Source: Octopus vulgaris
Lineage: Eukaryota
Assembly: GCA_951406725.2 (NCBI GenBank)
Contig: OX597815.1
Coordinates: 69,998,001 to 70,062,000 of the forward strand
Direction: 5' to 3'
Length of the DNA stretch: 64,000 bases
Shown: one piece after another, positions 42,003-54,234 of the stretch
Position numbering within the stretch: the first letter of the stretch is position 1
Layout: every line of letters starts with the position of its first letter
Position numbers and translations under genes: made by a program
Notes under the pieces: generated by a model
What the model was told of the DNA's origin: nothing
Seen by the model: the letters and a program-made list of their open reading frames with translations, nothing else
Database searches by the model: none

Positions 42003-42291
42003 ATGTCTATATCTGTAGCATATTCCTACATACATAACACAACAAACATGTTTAACATAAGTATAGCTGAAAAACTATATACATGTGTGTGTTATAAATA
42101 CACGTGTGTATATGAAAGTGAACTATTATTAATGTATAAAAACAAATAGCAAAGTATACGAGTTATGAAAGCCGGATATGCACATACACATATGTAAATA
42201 TATATATAATTATGTATGAGTGTGTAAGTATATATGTATGAATGATTTGTATCGTTTCAATAACAGACTGTTACAAGTGTATAAAGGATAC

Positions 42292-42309
42292 GCTACACGA
42301 TAGAGTCCA
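42292..42309 (-). CDS. MAU2: MAU2 exon 2, 18-nt microexon (WTLSCS)
   Basis: Minus strand TTTTATTTTGCAG|TGG ACT CTA TCG TGT AGC|GTATCCTTT. Supplies the W-x-L/I-S residues that follow HLEKA in MAU2 (vertebrate WLISQQ). Not in the ORF track. Confidence 0.9.
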
Positions 42310-42453
42310 CTGCAAAATAAAACAAGGGTGGAAAATAAACATAGGCTCTCAGATATAAATAAATTAATAAAAACAACATAAACGCATATTTCGAAAACAA
42401 TAACGACTAGCGAAAAAGAGTGAGTAGCAATAGTAAAAAAGAATTAAACATAC
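42310..42453 (-). other. MAU2: MAU2 intron 1: short U2-type intron, 144 nt
   Basis: GTATGT donor; U-rich tract ending TTTTGCAG. Confidence 0.88.
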
Positions 42454-42684
42454 CGCCTTTTCCAAATGCGTCTGAGCGAGATCTATGTTTTTTGTATGGG
42501 CCAGTAATATGTTACCCAGTTGTAGATGTGTCCTTGACTCAATCCGAGGAGGTGGTTTGAAATTGAAAATAGATTGTAGACAATGAATACATAACCGAAT
42601 ATTAGGAGGGTTCGACGTCCGGAATGTTTCTGCCAAACCTAAAAGGGAAACATACCAAGGTTCGGCATCAGCGGCCGACGCCAT
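42454..42684 (-). CDS. MAU2: MAU2 chromatid cohesion factor (SCC4 homolog), coding exon 1 (77 aa)
   Basis: [77 protein letters not shown] closely resembles the MAU2 N-terminus. Start context AAAATGG; ends phase 0 at donor GCG|GTATGT. Confidence 0.95.
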
Positions 42685-42687
42685 TTT
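42679..42687. promoter_or_regulatory. YY1-type motif CGCCATTTT overlapping the MAU2 start codon
   Basis: Matches the YY1 consensus CGCCATnTT; it may simply reflect Kozak context. Confidence 0.35.
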
Positions 42688-42973
42688 GCTAGCTTAAATT
42701 TTGAATGCGGAATAGTGGTGCTGAGCTGATCTTTTTTTATTTTACGCTCCAAATATTAATTTTATCTCGGAAAGATTTTCTAAATAATAAAATATTAATT
42801 TAATTTCCATTTATTAAATATTACTGATTTAATTATTTTATGAAAACTTTCATTCCCCTGCACTCGACAGGTCAGAGCCAAGTTGCTCCAATCTAGGTCA
42901 AGCTGCGTTATATGGATTTCACTGGACGATGTGTTGATAAGTTGGTGTATGTATGTATGTATGTATGCGTGTG

Positions 42974-43014
<41 letters not shown>

Positions 43015-43401
43015 GTATACGTATGTATATATGCGTGTGATATATATATGTATGTATATAGTTTCTGTGTGCGTATACACATAAGTATATCTGTATATAT
43101 AGTGAATTACGCGTGTCATTATTGTGTCTGTATAAAGAACCTTCACACACAAGTTGAATGCTCTCGCTCTGGTTTCGATTTCGCCAAGAGCCATTTCTTT
43201 TCAGTTACTGCTTTTATGCCAAACGCATGTTAACTTTTATAACTTCTCATTTCCCTTTCCTCTAATTAAAAATGTCAGGTTTCATGCTTGTAAAATAGAA
43301 AAACACTTTTTTTTTTCTTTGGAGAGGAGGTGGGGACTAAAAGTAAAGCAAAAATAAAAAAGACCCATATGGGAATTTATTGTTATATATGTGTGTATTA
43401 G

Positions 43402-43460
<59 letters not shown>

Positions 43461-44317
43461 TAATATCAAAGGGTAATCTTATATGTTTAAATGTACACTT
43501 TATTTTATAAATATATATATATATATATATGCGTGTGTGCGTATGTGTGTGCATATATATGGGTGGGTGTGCGTATGCATATATATAAATATATATATGT
43601 ATATATAATTATAAATATTACTGAACAAGTCAAGGGATGTTTGATGTTTTGTTGCTAGAATAATTTATAAACAAACATACACCCGCAACAGAAATTTAAA
43701 TAACTTCTATATGTGTACATATATGTGCACGCATGTCTCTCCTCTTTTCTCTTCTCTGTATCTATTTACTCTTAACAGCTTAATAATAATGCCTGTGTTT
43801 ATAACTTGAACAGATGGCTGGGAATGCACGTGTGCAAGTTGGAATTCGATGCATTAGGCACACACATATTGATAAGCAAGGGCCAAGAATGTATATGTGA
43901 GGTGTGGGTGGATTGTTTGGGTGGTGGAAATACGAAATTTAATGCAGATCGAAGACTGAAGACCAGAGTATTTCTGAAATCACAAAAATACCTTATTGCA
44001 AATTTGCTCCGTCTGATATTATTTTCGGTATAAAAAGAAATAATAAAATAGATTTTTAAAATTCAATATCTGATTTTTAATGATTTAAAATTAAATCACT
44101 AATTCATTCACATTCCTGTCTGTTTGTAGTATATGTATACTTGCCTATGTAATATATATGTGTTTATATATACATACGCACACACATATACATATAGATA
44201 GATATATATATTTACATACATACAAGCATGCACATATACATACATATACATACGCACACACATGTATAAGTATGTTTACATATATATGTCTGCGTGTGTG
44301 CGGGAGCGTTACATGTT

Positions 44318-44350
<33 letters not shown>

Positions 44351-45365
44351 GTTGTTGTTATATGTATTCGTGAACAAATAGCCTCATTGGACATTTAAGC
44401 TGAAAGAGGAGTCCAACAGACCAATCGCTAGTTCACGGCATTATAGAGAGAGGGTGGAGGTGACAGGAGGTGTTTGTGCCTTCGGTATTTAAAACTGTAT
44501 TCCGTCAGTTAAAATGATTCCGACTGTAGCTTGCAGATATCTGTTCCATGAATTAATAGCCGAGGGTAGGAAACTCCTGGCCGGTGTGTGACACTTGGCA
44601 TCAGGTATTGAGAGAAAGTGTACAGGTGTGAAGATGTTTGCACTCCTATAACGACTTCTTTTATATTGTAGTGGTACTATATAGCTCTGGAGTTCCGATG
44701 AACTGAAGCTGGAATACATCTTGTCTACTTTTTTTTATTATATAATGTAAGTTGATGAAAGCAACAATTACGACTATCCTGAAGGTTGTCTTTTCGATAC
44801 AGTTGAGTTAATTGAGTATGTTATGCGAAGCAGTCATCCGTTAGAAACAAACATACTTCCATGATGCTTCGGACTTGCGCTTTGTAGACGGTGACTCTTC
44901 CTTCCGTATCCAGTTTGTTCCCGATTTTACATCGCACTCCAAGTCTCTCTGCAGTTCAGTTTTACAGACAGTGGAGATTTATTTTTCCTATAACAGCTTG
45001 CTCTCCTCTCTCTCGTAACAACTTTCAAGCTCCTGTTTCATAGAAAACTTACAATTCAAGGGTTTATGTACGTCTTCTCTTTGGTGAAACCGTTTGCTTT
45101 CTACTTTGTTGATTCATATGTTACCTTCATCCGCCGAGGCTTTTTTTTTATCACGTTAAAAACTATATAAGCAAAAGTCGCCATCTGTCTATCATACTAA
45201 ATGTATACACATTGTGGAATTGTCTGAGATAAAATCACTTCATAGATTTCTTGCATTAAAAATACAATGTGGTAAGAAGCTTGCTTCCCAACCACATGGT
45301 TCTGGGTTCAATCTTTGGAGTGGATTTGATAGGCGGAAACTGAAATAAGCCCGTCATATATATTT

Positions 45366-45555
45366 TCTATTTGTTTGTCATTTGACTGCGGCCATGCTGG
45401 AGCACCGTCTTTAGTCGAGCAAATCGACCCCCATGACTTATTCTTTGTAAGCCTAGTACTTATTCTATCGGTCTCTTATACCGAACCGCTAAGTTACGGG
45501 GATGTAAACACACCAGCATCGGTTGTCAAGAGACATTGGAGGAACAGGCACACAA

Positions 45556-45589
<34 letters not shown>

Positions 45590-45750
45590 TACGGGTTTCT
45601 TTCAGTTTCCTTCTACCAAATCCACTCACAAGGCTTTGGTCAGCCTGAGGCTATAGTAGAAGATACTTGCCCAAGGTGCCACGCAGTGGGACTGAAACCG
45701 GAACCATGTGGTTGGTAAGCAAGGTACTTACCACACAACCACTCCTGCGC
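45366..45750 (-). mobile_element. SINE family A copy
   Basis: Reverse complement of the 60424-60810 sequence; CpGs retained. Confidence 0.85.
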
Positions 45751-45969
45751 CTCTGTGTGTGTGTGTGTGTGTTCCCCGCTACCGTCTGGTGACCAGTTTT
45801 GGTGTGGTTGCGTCCCCGTAAAATAGCGGTTCGGCAAAGGGAGCGATAGAATAAGTACCAGGTTTAAAAACGAAGTACTGGAGTCGATTCATTCGGCAAA
45901 AATCCAAGCGGTGCCCCAGCATGGCCACTGTCTAATGACTGAAACAAGTAACAGATTATATATACATAC

Positions 45970-46034
<65 letters not shown>

Positions 46035-46035
<1 letters not shown>

Positions 46036-46174
46036 TTTATTTAAAGCAGCAGAAAATTCAACAAAATCTGTTACTCTGAGTTTCTCGTTTCTCGTAGCAA
46101 AAACTGTCTGATGAACGGCAACGAGAAACTCAGAGTAACAGATTTTGTTGAATTTTCTGCTGCTTTAAATAAAG
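46035..46174. repeat. Perfect 55-bp inverted repeat with 30-nt loop
   Basis: 46035-46089 is the exact reverse complement of 46120-46174. Confidence 0.95.
46098..46147 (+). ncRNA. Minimal type-I hammerhead ribozyme motif
   Basis: CAAAAACTGT-CTGATGA-ACG GCAA CGA-GAA-ACTC A GAGT-A-ACAGATTTTG: stem I 9/10 bp, intact core, GNRA-capped stem II, palindromic stem III, GUA cleavage site. Confidence 0.75.
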
Positions 46175-46243
46175 CATATTACTCTACCACTGGTATTTGA
46201 GTACTCTTTTTTCCACCTTGTTTCACATTTATGTGTTTACTCC

Positions 46244-46307
<64 letters not shown>

Positions 46308-46326
46308 AAAAAGAGATGTCAAACGG

Positions 46327-46546
46327 ATAAACGATTATCTTATCAACTTCATTAGCTTACGGCTGTTTCCGCTATAAGATGTGGTGGACTTATAACTGAG
46401 TGTCAGATTCACACATTACTGTTTCATCACAGCTTCAAATATGAAGTGCAATTTATTTGGGAAAACAAATAAACTGCACATGAGTACGCCACATCTTAGA
46501 GTGGAAAGAGCTGGAAGCTAATGAAGTTCATAAGATAATCGTTTAT
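46327..46546. repeat. 58-bp imperfect inverted repeat
   Basis: 46327-46384 vs 46489-46546, about 52/58 matches. Confidence 0.9.
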
Positions 46547-46571
46547 TAATTTATCATCTTTATTCTTATTA

Positions 46572-47073
46572 CCATAAATCCTCGAGTATAGTCCGCCCTT
46601 GAGTATAATACGCAGGAGATTTTTAGGGGGCTGTACCTCTGGAAAACTTAAACCTTGTGTATAATACGCACCTCTTCTCTGACTTGAGTCAAGGAGGTCT
46701 TGGTTTGTAAAAATGTATACGGTAACGTCCTTTATCATCATTGTATATGTAACATAATGCAAACGTGTAGCTTTTTTATGCATTTTGTTAGCAAAAAAAT
46801 AAAGAAATAACAGTAATAACATTTAATAAATGTTGCTTACTGCAAGTTATGGATGATTCTTTTATGACTTCATTACTTTCAGGCTTAACTTAAGGTATTT
46901 TCGCGCCGGACATCACAAAATGCATCTGAATAAACATTGCCGGACAGCAAATAGAGACTCGGACATTGCTTAGAAAATATTTTTTCATTTTTAACCTTGT
47001 ATATAGTACGCACTAGGGATTTTGACTTTTAAATTTTGGGGAAAAAATGCGGATTATACTCGAGGATTTACGG
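46572..47073. mobile_element. Tc1/mariner-pogo type MITE (502 bp)
   Basis: 25-bp TIRs CC(A/G)TAAATCCTCGAGTATA(G/A)TCCGC, 23/25 identical, flanked by TA on both sides. Confidence 0.85.
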
Positions 47074-47929
47074 TACCTCTCTGTACTCGGTTAACGCTTC
47101 ATTCAAAGGCATACGTGTATTGAGTTCTATGCCAGGTTATTAGTCTCACAATGCCTAAGCGAAATATTCGTGCTTCGATATATTTAAGAAACAATGAACA
47201 AAAAACATTCACTGGTATTGAGGAAGCTTGCCGGGCTGTAGGAAAACTCGGTATACTCAATTGAAACAATATTATTTAAGCTATCAAATTTTTACTGTCA
47301 TAAAAAATAATCCGAAGACATACTTGCTCTTCCCTTACGTAAGGCCACTTTTACCTGTTGATTTTTCTAGCGTAAGCAACGTGGAGTCATTTGCTTATTC
47401 TCATAAATACAAACCTCATCTTGGCAGACGTTCACAAAATCATCTATGAAAAAGAATAGAAGCATACAAAGTACTAACCCTTATGGTTGATGCTTTAATG
47501 GATGACATAAAAGTATTAACTTGAAAGAATGATATTTTAGGCTTCCCCTTATGAAGATAGCTTTGGCACCTTAAAATAACGTAGCAGTTTTCCACCTATC
47601 CACTTTGGTTTCAGACTATTGTGTCGGGCTCTGTCAAAGGCTCCTTTTATGTCCAGGGATATCATAAACCTCCCAAATTATGTCCACGTATTTATTTCAC
47701 CTGAGAAAGGATATTGGTCGTCTATATATTGTTTGATCAGAATCTGATCTACATGCTCCTAAGGAACTATTTCTGTGCCCCCAATAGATAAGCCTTTCAG
47801 TTGACTGACAGTTGATTCTATTTCTGTATTGATAATGATAAGTAATGATGCAAGCCGAATATTCTTACATATATAGAGATGTTACATAAATAAGTCTTAT
47901 ACCATTTACGTATAAAATTGCTCACATTA

Positions 47930-48250
47930 CGATGGAGTCAACAGCAAAATCGCTAACGCTAGCATCAAGTTCGGTACACTTCCTAATGGAGTCTGAGATA
48001 GAAAGGGTCTAAAACTCTAAAGCATGTTGAAGGTCCACGAAGCCATTGTTCTACCAACTTTGTTACGTGCCAATGAGACGCGAACTGTTTACAGTAGGGA
48101 CACTACAAAATTTAGGTAGATTCGCCGGAACTACCAATGTAAAATCTTGCACATTCGTTGGCAGAACAGAGTTTCAGAGATTGTTACTGAAATCCTCAAT
48201 TGCTCGATGTCGCCCAGCATCTATTCGCCTTCGCAGGGTCCAGCTGCCCT
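47930..48250 (+). mobile_element. RTE-clade LINE fragment
   Basis: KIANASIKFG..V*DRKGLKL*SMLKVHEAIVLPTLL..NET.TVY...KILHIRWQ resembles the RTE/BovB post-RT region. Confidence 0.65.
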
Positions 48251-48519
48251 AGTAAAACCACATTGCTAGAATAAATGACGAACGTTTTCCATCTTTTTTA
48301 CAACAGGTTGATTCGAAGGAAAGGATCATATAAGCTGAGTAAAAGAGTGAAGTTACATACACACACACAAATATATACAAATATACGTATCTACCTGTGC
48401 CCCTTCTTCTCTTCCTAACTCCTCTCCATAGAACCACCTTCCCATCCGGCCCCTAAACAATATTCTTCTTCTTTCTTGGTTCTTGTGTTTTACTCGTTTT
48501 TGCACATTCATATGGTAGC

Positions 48520-49060
48520 TGCCCCTCGTTATCGAGTATGGCCATTGCACGAAGCTTAATCAAAGTTGTTATCGTGCAATGCCTGTGCAAGAAGATTTTT
48601 TTTTAAAGTGAGGAAAGGCTGTGCACTGAGTCAATCCCACTCACTAAGCAACAGCAGCCATAATCCGAAAAGAAGAACAAGTCAACATCATGGGTAACCA
48701 CTGAGCCGCAGGTTTTATGTCGGAGTTATCCCAGTAACCTGAGTTACCATCTCCTAGAAGGATGCCCTAACAAAGGCTAGGAGTCCTTCACTCCCAATGG
48801 TTTAACCGCGCGATCGGGTATTCAGTCCGATTATTTCTATGTCCCTGCGCATGATACAGCCTTAAGACATTTATTGGATGGCCGTTGACTTTCAAGAGTT
48901 CCTCCGCCCTTTGACGGATTTCGTTTTTCATCCCGCAGAGTGACCAATAAACACCCTCCTCACCAAGCAAGCTTGGTGGGGTTGCCGGTTTAGTCGCCAA
49001 CGACCCGACCATGCAACAGGTTGTAATGGGTTACATGTTACCAGTAGCACTCGAAAGTAG
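48520..49060 (-). mobile_element. Probable RTE-type 5' UTR fragment
   Basis: Contains GCCTTTGTTAGGGCATCCTTCTAGGAGATGGTAACTC..AAACC, recalled as an RTE 5'-UTR motif, plus hairpin CCCCACCAAGC-TT-GCTTGGTGAGG. Confidence 0.4.
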
Positions 49061-49127
49061 CACATTCATATACATACATACATACATATATACATACACA
49101 CACACATACATACATATGCATACACAC

Positions 49128-49165
<38 letters not shown>

Positions 49166-49609
49166 AAATTGAGGGAATGGAGCCGGTAAAATCCGGGCTA
49201 CATATGTTTCCTAGCTAGCAGAACCTTGGAAGTAATAATTATTCAACGAGGGGTACATCACTAGCAAACCCTAGTTACTCTACCAAAGAAAAAAAAGCAT
49301 TTTTCAGCTTATCGAATTTTGATGTGGAAAAAAATCTACGCCAGTAAACTATTATTGTTTCTGAAAGTGTTTTTACCTACCACGGACTGCTCGATGCTTA
49401 CTAACGTCCTACGGCTAGATCCCTGGATCATACAATTACATATACACTCATACATACCTACCTACATACATACCCCCACACACACACACATAATTATAAT
49501 AGAGGGTACATGAAGCACCAGCTTGCTAGAAAGGAGAGTCAAAATCCTCAATTTGTCCACCAATCTCACTGAAAATATTCAACGGACCAACAAATTTAGA
49601 TTTACTGCA

Positions 49610-49618
49610 AATAATAAA

Positions 49619-49708
<90 letters not shown>

Positions 49709-49741
49709 AAGAAGAAGACTGGTGATGATGATGATGATGAT
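49610..49741. repeat. Compound microsatellite (AAT)n(GAA)n..(GAT)n
   Basis: Directly visible; abuts the 3' end of the L1/Tx1 fragment. Confidence 0.95.
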
Positions 49742-49744
49742 TTG

Positions 49745-50890
49745 CTTTATTTGCCACCAGGGTGAAGGTGAGGGGGTCAATACAAAGACAGACATAAAGT
49801 GTGTGGGTTTACATATAAAGGAATGATAAAATAAAAAGTATACACGGTATACATTAGAAGATGGGAAGTATACAGAGTAAATGACACGAGAAAAAAGAGG
49901 GCAAAAATGTGATAATGATGGGATCCCCTTGATTCAGGAGGACCTCAAGCGATAATCAAGGAACCCCACCGTCCAAGATTACCCTGAATACCAAGGACGA
50001 GTGCCCTCTCCAAATCCCTTTCTTCTGACTCACAGCTCTACACTGAGAGTGGTGCCATCCACTCTTGCTATTTTCGCAACTTTCGCCCACCTTTTCATAA
50101 ATTCACTCGAGAACAGCACCTCCCTCTCCACCCGCATTTTCCTTTTCAAGTGGAACTTGAAAAAGTCGATGAGGGCTTTGCCAAAGAGGTAAGTTTCTGT
50201 CTTCATTCCGTTCAGCCTTGTCCACCTGATAATCTCTTTCGCCACAGCCACCAGACAAAGGAAGACTGCCTTGCTAGTCCGATTAAAGGAGGGCGGCGGA
50301 GCAATCATCATTATGGACTCGGACGATAGACGGATCTGTCCTCCACGCGACAGCAGCTGTTCGACATAGCTCCACAAGTCAGCAGTGCCCGGACACTGAA
50401 CGAGTACATGCAGAACGGTTTCGTCGCTCTGCAAGCACCTCCGACAAGACCGTCTGACAGCACATCCGTGCCTGTAGAGTTTATCTCAAACCAGTAGCGG
50501 CCCCCAGTAGCACTGCCAGGCCAAAGACATCTGGAAATTATCCGTAACAGTCTCCGACCGGGAAGTCCTCCGGAATAGACTTGCCAGTTCGTCTTCGTCG
50601 ACGCCTAGGGTCTCCCCGAGGACGTCGTCGCACTTTCCTGCAACTAATCTTCTGTAAATATCTAAAGTGGAACATCCACCGATCCTACTGCCCGACTTGT
50701 AGAGGGCAGTGAGCGCCTGACGACATTTTAAGTGCCAGGCGCCCAGTCTCAACCTATCCTTTACCCAGGACTGTAGCTCCGCCAAGGAGACGAGCTGCTG
50801 AAAGGCGTGTCTCACAAACGTAGCCCACACACGTTCACCTTCTAGAAATTGCTACAGGTGATGCAACCTGAGTACGTGTCTGCGCATTAA
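49745..50890 (-). mobile_element. 3' fragment of an L1/Tx1-like non-LTR retrotransposon
   Basis: zf-RVT-like CRRC-LQSDETVLHVLVQC and F...W C-terminus; 3' UTR ends at AATAAA plus an (ATC)n tail. Confidence 0.7.
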
Positions 50891-51292
50891 AATCATAATA
50901 ATAATATCTATATGTATATTCATTTGAATATTTAATCATTTATATATAGAGAGAGATAGATAGATAGATAGATAGATAGACACACACACACACACAATAT
51001 ATATATATCAAGTACTGTTTCTCACGTCTTGTACCTATGTGACAAATTTTACATTTCTGTATCTTACGCCGTTTGTTCCGGCACTTTACGTTTTGAGTTC
51101 AATTCGCGCCGAGATCAACTTTACTTTTCATCTTTTTGGTGTCAATAAAATAAAGTACCAGCCAAGTCCTGGGTCGATAGAATTGACTAAATTGCTGGCC
51201 TTATGCCTGTTGCTTAACATAGCTATTTAATAATAGCTGACAAATGTTAGTTTATATGTTGGTTGCTCACTTTTTCCAGTCATGCTTCAAAC

Positions 51293-51626
51293 CAGTGGTT
51301 TTCAACCATTTTTTTTACCCCTATTATTTTTGACCCCTTTGATAACTTTTTTTAAAATTCTGGTGGACCCCTTTCACTATCTGATGCTTATAAACTAGTT
51401 TATAGGCACTTCTTTCAAAATTCCTATTTTGTTATTAGCACATTAACTTCTGTTAAGTTGAACTATGTAAAATGTTTGAGAAAGAATTTTAACTGTTTCT
51501 TCCAATAAATACATCAAAAGCAAATTTTTTTCATGGATCCTTAATATATTACTGTGGATTCCCAACTTATTATTTTGCTTGTGTGGACTCCAAAAATCTT
51601 ATATAGACCCCAATTGAGAACCACTG
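51293..51626. mobile_element. hAT (Charlie-like) MITE
   Basis: TIRs CAGTGGTT(T/C)TCAA; imperfect 8-bp TSD CTTCAAAC / TTTTAAAC. Confidence 0.7.
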
Positions 51627-51884
51627 TTTTAAACTGTATAAAGAGAGAGGAAAGAGAGAGAGAGTAAAGGAGAGATGCACAGACTGTTGTTGTAAGAGAT
51701 GCAAGATGAGTGCTTGGCGTCAGGCAATGAGTAAAAGAACGCTACACACTCGCGCTGTGAGAGAGAATCATAGGGACAGAGTATAAGACAGGAGTAAATG
51801 ACAGAGTAATCATGGGAGGAGTTTTATGAATGAGAAATTTATTTCAAGGTAATAAATACTTTTCTTTTGAAAATCGGTATCCAA

Positions 51885-52036
51885 GGCGCAGGCGTGGCTG
51901 TGTGGTAAAACGTTTGCTTCTCAACAACGCGGCTGGGAAGGTGCATGGCACCTTGAGCAAGTGTCTTCTACTATAGCCTCGGATCGACCAAAGCCTTGTG
52001 AGTGGATTTGGTAAACGGAAACTGAAAGAAGCCTGT

Positions 52037-52076
<40 letters not shown>

Positions 52077-52293
52077 CGCGCGCGCGTTTTCGTGTCTGTG
52101 TTTATCCCACCACCACCACTTAGCAACCGGTATTGGTGTATTTACGTCCCTGTAACTTAGCGATTCGGGAATAGAAACTGATAGAATAAGTACCAGGCTT
52201 AAAAAGACTAGGGTCGATTAATTCGACTAAAATTCAAGGCGGCGCCCCAGCATGGTCACAGTCAAATGACTGAAACAAGTAAACGATAAAAGA
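51885..52293 (+). mobile_element. SINE family A copy
   Basis: Colinear with 60424-60810. Confidence 0.85.
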
Positions 52294-52686
52294 TTTCATT
52301 ATTTTGTATAAGCACCAAAAAATGTGATAAAAGTTAAATCATAACTATTTTATGTATGACATATTTCCTGGTATTATTCATGGCGGCAAAAAGTATACTT
52401 CCAAAATTACCCGTTAATTACCGCATGGAAGTGATATTGGAACTGATACAAGCGGCGCAGAATTTGTAGTAATTCTCCCAGCGATCCCAACATAGCAAGT
52501 TCGATTCCCTATTAACTCATTCATAGCAGTCATCTTTCTACTCTTGAATTTTAAGTTGATACTGTGACATGAGAGAGAAAGATTCAGTCAGGCTGACAGG
52601 CCTTCTAAATGAATACAAAACCTTTTTAGTATCTCTCCAACTCGATTTTATCGGTACAGGACGTTTTCATTTAATTTCATTTCATA

Positions 52687-53211
52687 TAACGGGTTGACAG
52701 CTTAATTTGTTCGTTTCTTTCCACTGTTAGTTTACACGGAAAACATTTTGATCGTATTATTTGTGTCTCTATTTTTCTTGTACAACCTTTGTTTATCGTT
52801 TTTGAAATTTGAATAAAATTTTACCCCTGTTCAGGCATATGACGATGAGACAAGAGCGAGACAAGCATAAAATAACGAGCATTTTCGACACCTGCATCTC
52901 TTCGTTTTCAATAACTGTTCCAAAGCTGCCAAAGTTGTTCGAGACATTTGTGTTGTGTGCGGAGAGTGTGGTATTACTGAGAGAACTGCACAGAAATGGT
53001 TTTCCCTCTTCAAGGAGGGGAAATTCGATCTCACAGACTTTGCGTTCCAGCTGACCTGTTCAGTACAATGAAAACCCGTGCCAATCCACAAGGAAACTGG
53101 CCCAGCAGATGGGATGCTCTCATGATACCGCCGTCTTGTGCACTTACTCGATGGGTATGAATAAAAATAAACAGGGGGAAAAAACGAACAGATTTATTTA
53201 ACAACCCAATA
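52687..53211 (+). mobile_element. Internally deleted mariner element with degenerate TIRs
   Basis: EHFRHL..F, RDICVVCGECGITERTAQKWFSLFKEGKFDL (mariner HTH); ends GGGTTG..TTTGTTCGTTT and AAACGAACAGATT..CAACCCAATA. Confidence 0.7.
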
Positions 53212-53619
53212 TAAAAACGAGCGATGGAATTGTAATATCCGTTTTAAGAAGCACGGAAAGGCAAATTTATATTTAAAGAGATCAAATTTAAGGAAAAGCT
53301 ATCCTGTCCTTTTGCCATGAGACACGGGGTTCCCAATTCGGAACTATTTATGGATAGAGTGTTGGGAATAGCTATCCCTCGAAGTCCCATAAAGTTCTAT
53401 ACTTAATGGGAAAGGGAAAAGAGGTACGGAAGTGGATAGGCAAGAATATGCTGGGAGGATGGAAATTTATTGGGGCAAAAATTTTGTCAATATCTTAATT
53501 TTGTTGTATAAAACTAAAGAATATTTCCAAAAATGAGGGAAGCCTACCCTTTTCCCTTTTCAATGAGGTATGGGACGTTGAAAAATAGTTTTTTTCAAAA
53601 ACCTCTCTCTTTCCTTTCT

Positions 53620-53651
<32 letters not shown>

Positions 53652-54197
53652 CAAATACGTACACATGAACGCAAACATGTATACACACCCACTCCATCTA
53701 CACACACATATATATATACACATATACACACACAAACATATGCATGTATGCAGAAACACTAGAATTCGCAAATTTAAAAGTTCGCTATCATTACTGAGAT
53801 TGTATATTATTAGATTTAATTTTTGTTCAACAATTATTTCATATTACTTTTGTTACTTTTCAAACATTATTTTTTTAAAAGGCTAAAAAGTTAAATTTAA
53901 AATTCAAATATAGCAAGCAAGACAAAATGTATATACGAATATAAGAGAGAAAATTAAATTAGAGTAGCGGACGATAAGATGACGATGATGATGAGGGTAA
54001 TCTATAACACATCTGAATAATAAAACTGACAGGTGAGGTGAAGTCAAAACAAATGTGTGTGTGTGTGTGTGTACGCGCGCGTGTAAAAATGGTAGATAAA
54101 TGTAGGAAGAAGCAGGAGAAAAAGAACGAAGGAAGAACAACAACAAAGGTAAAGCGGATGGCGATGACATGATCATGATGACGGTGACAATAACGAC

Positions 54198-54234
<37 letters not shown>

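Larger units (their letters stand above)
1573..42291 (-). other. MAU2: MAU2 intron 2: U12-type GT-AG intron, 40,719 nt
   Basis: 5' splice site GTATCCTTT (42291-42283); branch site TCCTTAAC (1589-1582) 7 nt before the terminal AG; no polypyrimidine tract. Confidence 0.88.
44480..47700 (-). mobile_element. Highly degenerate CR1/Jockey-like LINE RT, fragmented by younger insertions
   Basis: ISLDIKGAFDRARH (~47625-47670) and C-terminal SSSELQSYIVP...RSFLPSAINSWN (44489-44719). Continuity of the two pieces is inferred. Confidence 0.55.

Noticed and set aside
42364-42453. C-terminal 29 aa of the 106-aa ORF as coding
   Set aside because: Read-through into intron 1 past the GTATGT donor; no MAU2 similarity.
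42843-42945. First exon of a divergently transcribed gene
   Set aside because: No recognisable protein similarity or convincing splice donor; ORFs run into (TA)/(TG) repeats.
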